Under the pieces are notes generated by a model. That model was given only the letters and a program-made list of their open reading frames with translations, did not search any database and was not told where the DNA came from. The translations under genes and the position numbers were made by a program. This document shows, in pieces, positions 55,912 to 64,000 of a DNA stretch of 64,000 nt; within the stretch, counting starts at the first letter, position 1, and each line of letters opens with the position of its first letter. The DNA lies in the NCBI GenBank assembly GCA_036229005.1, contig JAZAMN010000043.1:64001-128000 (forward strand), written 5' to 3'. This DNA comes from Myxococcota bacterium. GTDB taxonomy: Bacteria > Myxococcota_A > UBA796 > CAJQPC01.

Positions 55912-57099
55912 CTACACCCCCCGGCGCCGCGCCTGCACCAGCAGGTTGCGCGGGCTCATCTGCGGCGCGCAGAAGGTGCCCAGGGTCACCTGAAAGCCCA
56001 GCTCCTCCAGCCAGAGCACCCGGTCCAGGGTCATCCACAGCTCCAGAGGCCGCCGGAAGGGGGCGCGCACCACGCCCAGGGCCCGCCGGCGCCACATCAG
56101 CGCCTCGGCGCGCTCCAGCAGCCCCGGCGGCAAGGGATCCGGCAGGCTGTGCCCTTCGCGCTCGGCGAGCCGCGCCGCCCACTCCGAGAAGGGCAGCAGC
56201 ACCCAGCTCTCCGGGGTCGCCCGGAAGGTCCCTGGGATAAGCATCTGGTAGGCCAGCCGGTAGACCATCTTGTTCTCGCGTACCCGGCGCACCCGCTCCC
56301 CGCCGACCACCTGCTGGGCGGTGCTCAGGCGCAGCGCCGGCTCCTCCAGCGCGCCCAGTCGACTCAAGGCCCGCGCCTGCGACGAGCGCAGCGTGTAGCG
56401 CTTGTCCGGCCGCTTGTGGTGGCAGCAGGGGGAGAAGAAGAGGCTGGGGAGCCCCTGCGCGCTGGCCTCTTCCACCGCCCGGTCCGTGAGGAACCCGCAC
56501 GCATGCAGCGCGATCAGGCTCGCCGCCGAGGACAGGCTGGGCCGCTCCGCCAGCACGTCCACGCTGTGCGCGCGGAGCGGGACCTCCAGGATGCCCGCGA
56601 CCCGCTCGGCCTCTGCGCACAGGGGGGCCTGCAGCTCGTAGCTCTGGACCCTGAGCGTCCGCCCGCGCTCGGCGGCCAGCAGCGACAGCGTGCGACCCAG
56701 GTGCGCCTTGCCCGCGCACCAGTCGGCGACCTCATCGCCCGGCAGGTGGGGCAGCACCGCCCCCGAGAAGGCCAGGATCTGCTCCTGCTTGCGGCCACCC
56801 ACCCCCCGCATCCAGCGCGCCCGGGCCTCCACCGGGGCGCCCCCGCAGTCGGGCAGCTCGCAGAGCGCCTGGGCCTGATCACTGAGCCCGCGCAGCAGCG
56901 GCGGGGCGTCGGGGGCTTGCCCGGCCGCTTCCTCCCAGGTGCGTACCCAGGCGGCGCCCCGCGCCGCCAGCCAGGCGTGGAGCTCGGGGTGCTGGGTCCT
57001 CCACGGGTCCTCGCCGTGAAAGGGCCGGGGCTCCCAGAGCGGCCGGTGCTGGGCCAGGAAGGCGTCCAGGGCCTGGAATCGCGAGAGGTGGGTCTGCAC
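55912..57099 (-). CDS. SAM-dependent methyltransferase (Methyltransf_32-like)
   Basis: RKQEQI, DWCAGKAHLGR, ALHACG.L, PCCH and SPRN. Confidence 0.88.
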   Translation of the reverse strand: MQTHLSRFQALDAFLAQHRPLWEPRPFHGEDPWRTQHPELHAWLAARGAAWVRTWEEAAGQAPDAPPLLRGLSDQAQALCELPDCGGAPVEARARWMRGVGGRKQEQILAFSGAVLPHLPGDEVADWCAGKAHLGRTLSLLAAERGRTLRVQSYELQAPLCAEAERVAGILEVPLRAHSVDVLAERPSLSSAASLIALHACGFLTDRAVEEASAQGLPSLFFSPCCHHKRPDKRYTLRSSQARALSRLGALEEPALRLSTAQQVVGGERVRRVRENKMVYRLAYQMLIPGTFRATPESWVLLPFSEWAARLAEREGHSLPDPLPPGLLERAEALMWRRRALGVVRAPFRRPLELWMTLDRVLWLEELGFQVTLGTFCAPQMSPRNLLVQARRRGV

Positions 57100-57121
57100 C
57101 GGCGTCGGCTAACCTGTGGGC

Positions 57122-57475
57122 ATGTCTCTCCGCCGCAGGCTGGCGCGCAGCCGTCCCCGACCCGATGACCTCGCCTGCGCCCGGGAGTCCCTGTCGCGTT
57201 GCAGGGCCGCGCTGCGAGAAGGTGAGGGAGAGCTGGCCTTTGACCACGCGACCGCTGCCCACCTCCGCCTACAGAACAGCCCGGGCCTGCACGCCGTTGC
57301 GCACCTGCACCTGGCCGCGAGCTACCTGCGGCAGGGACGGCTCGGGGGGACGCTGGGGGAGCTCCGGATCGGGGCGCTGGCGCCTCTGGCGAGTGTCGTG
57401 CGGCGCAGCGCGGGCTACGCGGCGGGGGAGCCGAACCCGGCGGGGATCCTCAAGACCTGGAGGGCCCGCCGATGA
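57122..57475 (+). CDS. DUF3703-like small helical protein
   Basis: AH...Q....H...H pattern (AHLRLQNSPGLHAVAH); ATGA overlap with the next gene. Confidence 0.5.
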   Translation: MSLRRRLARSRPRPDDLACARESLSRCRAALREGEGELAFDHATAAHLRLQNSPGLHAVAHLHLAASYLRQGRLGGTLGELRIGALAPLASVVRRSAGYAAGEPNPAGILKTWRARR

Positions 57476-59190
57476 CGCTGCTGTTGAGTTCGCTGTCCTT
57501 CGCCCTGGACATCCAGGTGCCCGCCGATGGCGAGCTGGGCGCCGTGTGCTCGGGCCTGGCCGGGGAGAGCTACACCGAGACGGTCAACATCTACGTGGAC
57601 CCGACGGCCGGGACACACACCCAGTGCGAGCTGACCAACGTCAGCGATGTGCGCGTCGTGAGCAGCGTGGACGGCACCCCGGCCCAGGTCTCCGGGATGA
57701 TCCTGAGCGGGGTGAGCGGGGTCACGGTCAAGGACCTGGAGCTCGGCCTGAACACGCAGCGGACCAACCTGCAGGGATCCGACTGCTCCGAGCTGGAGCT
57801 GCTGGATCTCAGCCTGAGCGCTGCGTATTCGCACGGGATCCTCCTGACAGGCGCCGAGGCCGTGACCATCGATGGCCTCCAGACCACCCAACAGGGCCGC
57901 GCGGGGGCGAACCTGGTGCAGGTGGGGGCCACGCCGAACGACGCCGGCGACCTGCTGGTGATCCGGGACGTGCAGGCCTCTGGGCTGTGGGCGCGGATCT
58001 ACGCCACGACCCAGGGGACCGGCACGGTCGAGCTGGAGGGGATCAGCCTGGATGGCGCCCAGAGCGACGATGACGGCGGCTGCCTGTCGCTGGACGCGAA
58101 CGGGAGCTCGCAGCCGGTCACCCTCAAGGATGTGGACCTCAGCGTGTGCAGCTCGGGCGCGGACGGCGGCGCGGCCTTCCTGGCCAGCGGGACCTACGAG
58201 ATCGAGAACAGCACCTTCCAGTCGAGCTCGGCCGCGGGCACGGGCGGCGGGATCTACTTTGGGGACTCCACCCTCAAGGCCACAAACGTGCGCGTGGCCG
58301 GGAATACCGGCACCCCGGGGGGCGGGATCGCGGGCGAGCGGGGCGGGAGCCTCGAGGGCCAGGACGTCGAGATCTGGCACAACGTGGGCGGCGGCATCAG
58401 GACTTGGGGCCCAGTAACCCTGAACGGGGGCAGCCTCTGCGGCAACGACGCCAGCGCGCTGACCGGTCAGTTCGGGGCGGCGGTCACGGTCACAGCAGAC
58501 GCTACGACACCGGTCGACCTCACACGGGTCGAGGTGCGCGGGAACACCGCCGGCGTCAACTACCGCACGCTCTTCTTCGTCACGGGCGCTCTGGACGTGG
58601 ACCACCTGAGCGTCTGGGACAACGACGCGGAGAGCCTTGTCGACCCGGGCAGCAGCAGCGCCACCATCCGCTCCAGCCTCATCGCCAACCTGGACGAGGG
58701 CTACGCGACGGAGGTTCCCGTGGGCGGCTACAACTACTGGTTCGACGTCGCCGATCCGAACCCGAGCGGCGACCTTTGGATCGGCGACCACACCGAGGGC
58801 GTGACGGACCCGGGCATGGGCCTCTGGCCGGCGGGAGGGGACTGCGAGACCCTGCTGTACCTGCAACCGGGCTCACCGCTCGTGGATGCTGGTGACAGTG
58901 AACGGGCGGATCCAGACGGTGACACCCCCGAGGACATCGGGGCCCACTACCTGGGCGAGACGCCCGAGGACAGCGGAGACAGCGGCGAGACCGGCCTGGA
59001 GACCGGAGAGACAGGCGGCGAGACAGGGCACCTGGAGACCGGAGAGACCGGGAGCCCCGAGACGGGCGAGCCTGCCGTCCAGGCCTCCACCGTCACGCTG
59101 ATGGGGGGCTGTGGGCGCAGCGCGGCGGGCGGGAGTGCGGCCCTGGTGCTGGGGCTGGGCCTGCTCCTGGGCCGGCGTCGCCGGGGTTGA
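57472..59190 (+). CDS. Parallel beta-helix surface protein with MYXO-CTERM-like anchor
   Basis: GG(C/A/I) and NxA repeats, SPLVDAGD..DPDG..DIGAH, an ETG/DSG linker and GGCGRSAAGGSAALVLGLGLLLGRRRRG. Confidence 0.8.
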   Translation: MTLLLSSLSFALDIQVPADGELGAVCSGLAGESYTETVNIYVDPTAGTHTQCELTNVSDVRVVSSVDGTPAQVSGMILSGVSGVTVKDLELGLNTQRTNLQGSDCSELELLDLSLSAAYSHGILLTGAEAVTIDGLQTTQQGRAGANLVQVGATPNDAGDLLVIRDVQASGLWARIYATTQGTGTVELEGISLDGAQSDDDGGCLSLDANGSSQPVTLKDVDLSVCSSGADGGAAFLASGTYEIENSTFQSSSAAGTGGGIYFGDSTLKATNVRVAGNTGTPGGGIAGERGGSLEGQDVEIWHNVGGGIRTWGPVTLNGGSLCGNDASALTGQFGAAVTVTADATTPVDLTRVEVRGNTAGVNYRTLFFVTGALDVDHLSVWDNDAESLVDPGSSSATIRSSLIANLDEGYATEVPVGGYNYWFDVADPNPSGDLWIGDHTEGVTDPGMGLWPAGGDCETLLYLQPGSPLVDAGDSERADPDGDTPEDIGAHYLGETPEDSGDSGETGLETGETGGETGHLETGETGSPETGEPAVQASTVTLMGGCGRSAAGGSAALVLGLGLLLGRRRRG

Positions 59191-59247
59191 TGAAAGCCCC
59201 CACTTGCGGCATGCCCTGTGGCTGTGCACTCTGAAGATGGAGGAGCT

Positions 59248-60981
59248 ATGCTGCTTTTGATGGCCAGCGCCGCTTGGGCGACGACCGTGGGGCCGACGGA
59301 GTCCCTGGCGGCCGCATGCGCAGCGCTCTCGGATGGCGACGTGCTGTTCATCGAGCCGGGACGCGTGGTCGAAGCCGACGCCACGGACGCCAGCGATAGC
59401 TGCGAGATCTGGGGCGTGAGCGGCGTCACCATCCAGTCGGCCGGCACCGAGCTGGCCGATGTGGGCGGTATCACGGTGATGGCCAGTGCCAAGGTCACCC
59501 TCTCCAACCTGCGCGTCGGGGCGAGCTCCTATGACGCCAACGTGTGGGTGGTGCAGTCTTCGCTCGTGGCGCTGGAGGGCCTGCACCTGAGCGAGAGCAC
59601 CGAGCTCGGAGTCTACCTCTTCGACAGCGAAGTGGAGGTCAGTGACCTTGTCGCCGACGTCGAGCTCCTCGATGGCGACGCGTTCATGTACATCGGCCGC
59701 CAGCCCGGGGGGAGCCACGGCGAGACCTACGTCGTGGACACCGCGACCGCGAGCGGGCCTGGCGCGCGGGTGGAGGTCGTCGGTCGGCCCACCACCAGCG
59801 TGAGCCTCACGGACCTCAGCCTCACCGGGGGCCGAGGGGGCAGGGAGAGCGACGACAAGGGCGGGTGCCTGGCCATCGACGGCCACTCCACTTCCACGAG
59901 CGGGCCCCAGGTCCTGCTGGACGGCCTCACCCTCAAGGAGTGCGACGCGTTCAAAGGCGGCGGGCTCAGCGTCTCGATGGGGGAGGTGACCCTCCAGTAC
60001 AGCAGCGTCACCGGGGCCGCCGGGGAGTACGGCGGCGCGCTCCACATGGGGCCCTTTGCCAAGCTCACCCTCAGCGATGTCACGCTCTCCGGGAACACCG
60101 CCGACTCCAGTGGGGGAGCGGTCTGGAACGAGGGCGGGGCGCTCAGCGGCGAGTCGGTGCACCTCAGCGGCAACGTGGCCCCTCGGGGCGCCGTGCTCGC
60201 CCAGACCATCGGCGAGGTCACCCTGGCCCACTCCACGGTCTGCAGCAACCAGGTCACCGGCTTCGAAGCGGGTGCCGGAACGGTCGCCAGCCTCCACGGC
60301 GGGACCGCGAGCTTTGCGCGCAGTGAGATCCGGGACAACGGCGGGGGGACCGCGCTGTTCCTGCTGGAGAACAGCGCGGGCCTGGAGCTGGACCACGTGA
60401 GCCTCTGGGAGAACGACGACGACCTGCTCTTTGGCATCCAGGACGCCACGTCGGCGGTCAAGGTGCGCGGCAGCCTGCTCAGCCACGCCCAGTTCGGCAG
60501 CGTCGGCTTCGGGCTCGCCGGCGGCTACAACCTCTGGTACGCCGTGGGGACCCCGGCGATGGGCACCAGCCTGCCCTCGACGGACACCGTCAGCGCAGAG
60601 GACCCCGGGCTGGGACTCTGGCCGAGCGGTGCAGACTGCAGCATTCCGTTGCACCCTGATGCAGCCTCTCCTCTGGTGGACGCTGGAGACCCCGCTCGGG
60701 ACCCCGATCCGGACGGCAGCGTCGAGGACATCGGCGCCCACCCCTATGAGCACCCCGTTGACACCGGGGACAGCGGGGACTCCGGGGACAGCGGGGACTC
60801 CGGGGACAGCGGGGAGACGGGCGAGACCGGGGACAGCGGCGTGGTCGAGACCGGGACCCCAGACACCGGCGTCCAGGCCGCCCCCCTTCTCCTGGGAGGC
60901 TGCGGTCGGGGGGCCAACAGCGGGGCCTTCATCTTGGGGCTGGGGCTGCTGCTGCTGGGGCGGCGTCGCCTGGGTGTGTGA
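59248..60981 (+). CDS. Parallel beta-helix surface protein with MYXO-CTERM-like anchor (paralog of the previous gene)
   Basis: GGAGGA RBS, same architecture and GGCGRGANSGAFILGLGLLLLGRRRLGV. Confidence 0.8.
   Translation: MLLLMASAAWATTVGPTESLAAACAALSDGDVLFIEPGRVVEADATDASDSCEIWGVSGVTIQSAGTELADVGGITVMASAKVTLSNLRVGASSYDANVWVVQSSLVALEGLHLSESTELGVYLFDSEVEVSDLVADVELLDGDAFMYIGRQPGGSHGETYVVDTATASGPGARVEVVGRPTTSVSLTDLSLTGGRGGRESDDKGGCLAIDGHSTSTSGPQVLLDGLTLKECDAFKGGGLSVSMGEVTLQYSSVTGAAGEYGGALHMGPFAKLTLSDVTLSGNTADSSGGAVWNEGGALSGESVHLSGNVAPRGAVLAQTIGEVTLAHSTVCSNQVTGFEAGAGTVASLHGGTASFARSEIRDNGGGTALFLLENSAGLELDHVSLWENDDDLLFGIQDATSAVKVRGSLLSHAQFGSVGFGLAGGYNLWYAVGTPAMGTSLPSTDTVSAEDPGLGLWPSGADCSIPLHPDAASPLVDAGDPARDPDPDGSVEDIGAHPYEHPVDTGDSGDSGDSGDSGDSGETGETGDSGVVETGTPDTGVQAAPLLLGGCGRGANSGAFILGLGLLLLGRRRLGV
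60760..60870 (+). repeat. 9-bp coding tandem repeat (D/E-S/T-G linker)
   Basis: GAC(AGC/TCC/ACC)GGG and GAGAC(G/C)GG units encode DTGDSGDSGDSGDSGETGETGDSG. A similar linker lies at ~58969-59067. Confidence 0.8.
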
Positions 60982-61014
60982 GAACCCACAGGCCGGGTGT
61001 GGCATCCCGCCCAT

Positions 61015-61049
61015 GGGTTGTTTCAGATCCACCCTGATCTGAAACACCC
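61015..61049. terminator. Strong hairpin after the second surface-protein gene
   Basis: TGTTTCAGATC/GATCTGAAACA perfect 11-bp stem with a 6-nt loop; either a terminator or an operator. Confidence 0.5.
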
Positions 61050-61113
61050 TGACGGGGGGCTCAAGAGGGGAGTTGGCACGGTCCCTGCAGACGGGTGGCA
61101 GCGGAGGCCTCTC

Positions 61114-62460
61114 ATGGCGATCTTCGAGACCAAGCCCGGCTGGCATCGGACCTACATCTACCCGATGGAGGTCAAGGGCAGGTTCCAGACCATCCGCAAG
61201 TGGTCGATGCTGGCGCTGCAGGCCTTCTTCTTCATCATGCCCTGGGTGAAGATCGGCGGGAAGCGCATGCTGATGCTGGACATCGGCGGGCGGGAGCTCC
61301 ACATCTTCGGCGCGGTGTTCACCAGCACGGACAACGAGTTCATCCTGCTCATCCTGCTGATGTCGGGCTTCGCGCTCTTCCTGTTCACCAGCCTCTTTGG
61401 CCGCATCTGGTGCGGCTACGCCTGCCCCCAGACGGTGTTCCTGGAGCAGTGGGTCTACCCCATCGAGGAGTTCATCGAGGGCAAGCGCGGCGTGCGCATG
61501 CGCCGGGACCGCAAGGGCAAGGGCACCTGGGACTGGTGGTGGCGCAAGATCGCCAAGTGGACCGTCTGGGTCATCATGAGCGTCATCCTGGCCATGACGC
61601 TGACCAGCTTCTTTGTGGACGCGGCGACCCTGTGGACCTTCCAGGCCTCCGCCGGCTTCTACGCGGCCGCCTTCGTGCTCGGGGCCGGCGCTCTGGCCGA
61701 CTACGGCTGGTTCCGCGACCAGTTCTGCTCCTACCTCTGCCCCTACGCCCGCTTCCAGGGCGCGCTGACCGACGACGAGTCCTGGGTCATCGCGTACGAC
61801 GAGCCCCGGGGTGAGCCCCGCCGCCGCGGCAAGCGCAAGAACGACGCCCAGGGCGCCTGCATCTCCTGCAACAAGTGCGTCTCCGTGTGCCCCCAAGGCA
61901 TCGACATCCGCGACGGCTACCAGCTCGAGTGCATCTCCTGCGCCCGCTGCATCGACGCCTGCGAGGGCGTCATGGACAAGCTGGGGGAGGAGACCCTGGT
62001 CCGCTACACCTCGGTCGCCGAGGAGGCGGGCAAGAAGGTCCGCTGGCTGCGCCCCCGCACGATGGTGTACGGCGCCATCATGACCGTGCTCATCGGCATC
62101 TTCGTGGCCCTGCTCGCCGGCCGCCACCAGATCGAGGCCTCGGTCAACCGCACCACGGGCACGCTCTACACCATCGACGACGACGGCTACGTGCGGAACA
62201 CCTACATGCTCTACGTGGCCAACCGCTCGGGTGACGATGCCCCCATCACCTACGACATCGATGTGGTCGGCGAGGGCCTGGAGGGCGCGGAGATCATCGA
62301 GCTCCCCATGGTGCTCTCCAGCGGCGAGTCCAAGACCCTGCCCCTCATCGTCCGCCTGCCCCCCGATGACAGCCGGCCCGCCACGCTGCCCATCGAGGTC
62401 CGCATCGCCGACCAGGACGACGTCGTGGTCCTGGACACCAACTTCAAGTCCGGGAAGTAG
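61114..62460 (+). CDS. ccoG: Cytochrome c oxidase accessory protein CcoG/FixG
   Basis: GRIWCGYACPQTV, FCSYLCPYARFQ, CISCNKCVSVCPQGIDIRDG and CISCARCIDAC; GGAGG RBS. Confidence 0.95.
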   Translation: MAIFETKPGWHRTYIYPMEVKGRFQTIRKWSMLALQAFFFIMPWVKIGGKRMLMLDIGGRELHIFGAVFTSTDNEFILLILLMSGFALFLFTSLFGRIWCGYACPQTVFLEQWVYPIEEFIEGKRGVRMRRDRKGKGTWDWWWRKIAKWTVWVIMSVILAMTLTSFFVDAATLWTFQASAGFYAAAFVLGAGALADYGWFRDQFCSYLCPYARFQGALTDDESWVIAYDEPRGEPRRRGKRKNDAQGACISCNKCVSVCPQGIDIRDGYQLECISCARCIDACEGVMDKLGEETLVRYTSVAEEAGKKVRWLRPRTMVYGAIMTVLIGIFVALLAGRHQIEASVNRTTGTLYTIDDDGYVRNTYMLYVANRSGDDAPITYDIDVVGEGLEGAEIIELPMVLSSGESKTLPLIVRLPPDDSRPATLPIEVRIADQDDVVVLDTNFKSGK

Positions 62461-62462
62461 CC

Positions 62463-63749
62463 GTGACGGAGCTGCGCCCTTGGCAGCAGCGCTATCGGAG
62501 CAAGCTGCTCGGCGCTGACAAGGCGCTCTCGGGCCTGCCTGACGGCGCTTTCCTCTACCTGGGAGGGAATGCCGCCACGCCCCGGCACCTGGCCGGGGCG
62601 CTCGCCCGCATCGCTGGGCCGGATCACCGCTTCTGCCTTGGGCATGTGCTCTTGCTCGGGCAGGACCCCGTGGTCACCCGAGGTCACCCGCATGTCCGCC
62701 ACCTGGCCTGGTTCGTCGGGCCCGCGGACCGCGCCCAGGTCAACGCGGGGGAGGCCGACTATGTGCCCTGCAACCTCTCGGAGGTCCCCCGGCTGGTCCG
62801 GGAGCTGCCCCGGCTGGACGCTGCGCTGCTGATGGTCTCGCCGCCGGACCGCAACGGCCAGATGTCCCTGGGCACCGAGGTCATGGCCTCGCTGGCCGCC
62901 GCCGAGCGCGCCCAGCGGGTGATCGTGCAGGTCAACCGGCGCATGCCGCGGGTGCTGGGCAACACCTTCCTGCACGTGGACGACGTCGACGCCATCGTGG
63001 AGTTCGAGGAGCCGCTGCCCGAGCTGCGCCCGCGGGTCCCCACCCAGGTCGAGCAGCGCATCGCCGAGAACATCCTGCCCCTCATCGAGCAGGGGGCCAC
63101 CCTGCAGCTCGGCATCGGCGGGATCCCGGATGCGGTCATCGGGCTGCTCTGTGACCGCCAGGGCATGGAGCTGGGGGTGCACTCCGAGATGATCTCCGAT
63201 GGCGTGATGAACGCCGTCGAGGCCGGCGTGGTCACCTGCCGCTTCAAGACCCGGCACCGGCGCAAGGTGGTCACCACCTTCATCCTGGGCTCCCGCGAGC
63301 TCTACGACTGGGTGGACGACAACCCCCTGATCGAGGCCCACCCCTGCGACCACACCAACGACCTGTTGGTGGCCAGCCAGAACGACAAGCTGGTGGCCAT
63401 CAACTCGGCCATCAGCGTGGACCTGAGCGGGCAGGTGAACTCCGACAGCATCGGCCAGCGGGTCTACTCGGGCGTGGGCGGGCAGGTGGACTTCATGCGC
63501 GCCGCCTCGCGCAGCAAGGGCGGGGTGCCCATCCTGGCCATCCCGTCGACCGCCCAGCGGGGCGCCAGCAGCCGCATCGTCGACACCCTGGCCCAGGGCG
63601 CGGGCGTCGTGACGCCGCGCGCGGACCTGCACTGGGTGGTCACCGAGTACGGCGCGGTGAACCTCTACGGAGCCAGCCTGCGGGAGCGCCGGCGCAAGCT
63701 GAGCGCCATCGCCCACCCGGACTTCCGGGCGGAGCTGGGCGCGGTCTGA
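62463..63749 (+). CDS. Acetyl-CoA hydrolase/transferase (4-hydroxybutyrate CoA-transferase-like)
   Basis: TLQLGIGGIP, GVHSEM, AINSAISVDLSGQV, SGVGGQVDF, VTEYG and IAHPDFR. Confidence 0.93.
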   Translation: MTELRPWQQRYRSKLLGADKALSGLPDGAFLYLGGNAATPRHLAGALARIAGPDHRFCLGHVLLLGQDPVVTRGHPHVRHLAWFVGPADRAQVNAGEADYVPCNLSEVPRLVRELPRLDAALLMVSPPDRNGQMSLGTEVMASLAAAERAQRVIVQVNRRMPRVLGNTFLHVDDVDAIVEFEEPLPELRPRVPTQVEQRIAENILPLIEQGATLQLGIGGIPDAVIGLLCDRQGMELGVHSEMISDGVMNAVEAGVVTCRFKTRHRRKVVTTFILGSRELYDWVDDNPLIEAHPCDHTNDLLVASQNDKLVAINSAISVDLSGQVNSDSIGQRVYSGVGGQVDFMRAASRSKGGVPILAIPSTAQRGASSRIVDTLAQGAGVVTPRADLHWVVTEYGAVNLYGASLRERRRKLSAIAHPDFRAELGAV

Positions 63750-63753
63750 GGGC

Positions 63754-64000
63754 TCAGGTGGCGGGGCTGGGGCTCCGCTGCGCCTGGTACCAGACCTCGG
63801 CCGCTGCGAGGCGCTGGGGGGTGCCCGCGTCGAACCACCGCCCGCCGTGGTGGAAGGCCTGGACCGGGGCCAGGGCGCTGATGAGCTCCGGCATGTCCAT
63901 GCGCTGCCCATGGAGCACCTGCGCCAGCGCCGCTCGGTCGAACACGTAGGCCCCCACGGTCACCTGGAGTGAGAGCCGGGGCCGCTCCTGCCAGCTCTGC
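63754..64000 (-). CDS. C-terminal part of a sugar-phosphate nucleotidyltransferase-like protein (truncated by the window edge)
   Basis: GAYVFD...DMPELI....GRWFDAGTPQRL resembles the NTP_transferase C-terminal W.D.GT motif. Confidence 0.65.
   Translation of the reverse strand, partial: QSWQERPRLSLQVTVGAYVFDRAALAQVLHGQRMDMPELISALAPVQAFHHGGRWFDAGTPQRLAAAEVWYQAQRSPSPAT

Noticed and set aside
61049..61066. Possible FNR/FixK box upstream of ccoG (CTGAC..TCAA)
   Set aside because: The spacing and half-sites do not fit TTGAT-N4-ATCAA.
1..64000. tRNA, rRNA, transposase, integrase, prophage or known defence genes
   Set aside because: No recognisable signatures found by eye; a covariance-model or HMM scan would be needed to exclude them fully.

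Overview
A 64-kb, very GC-rich chromosomal segment, most likely from a Myxococcota-like (deltaproteobacterial) organism. This assignment is inferred from the MYXO-CTERM-like tails, the pseudo-receiver/J-like/TPR protein, a NavPp-type channel and the gsp gene order. Coding content is largely housekeeping or envelope related. It includes an M16 peptidase pair, a voltage-gated cation channel, a TPR/small-protein/ECF-like sigma module, a type II secretion cluster gspC-N, PabB/ThiE, an MltD-like LysM transglycosylase, molybdenum cofactor genes (moeA, mobA, mrp, moaA), many short-signal lipoproteins, surface proteins, ccoG and a CoA-transferase. No rRNA, tRNA, cas, transposase or integrase genes were recognised. 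The most unusual signals are non-coding. (1) Two separate fold-back elements (7989-8280 and 55118-55459) are built from exactly 31-bp-periodic units arranged as convergent arrays and share a bipartite core KCWAC-N6-YGARTG. (2) A 112-bp-period array of structured ~67-bp repeats with a nested duplication sits beside one of them. (3) A recurring TANNNT-N6/8-start motif suggests widespread leaderless transcripts, together with ultrashort signal peptides that lack an n-region. There is also a tandem trio of HExxH lipoproteins with near-identical 5' ends and diverged catalytic halves, and a frameshifted HEAT-like gene. All assignments come from reading the sequence and recalling motifs; no database searches were run.
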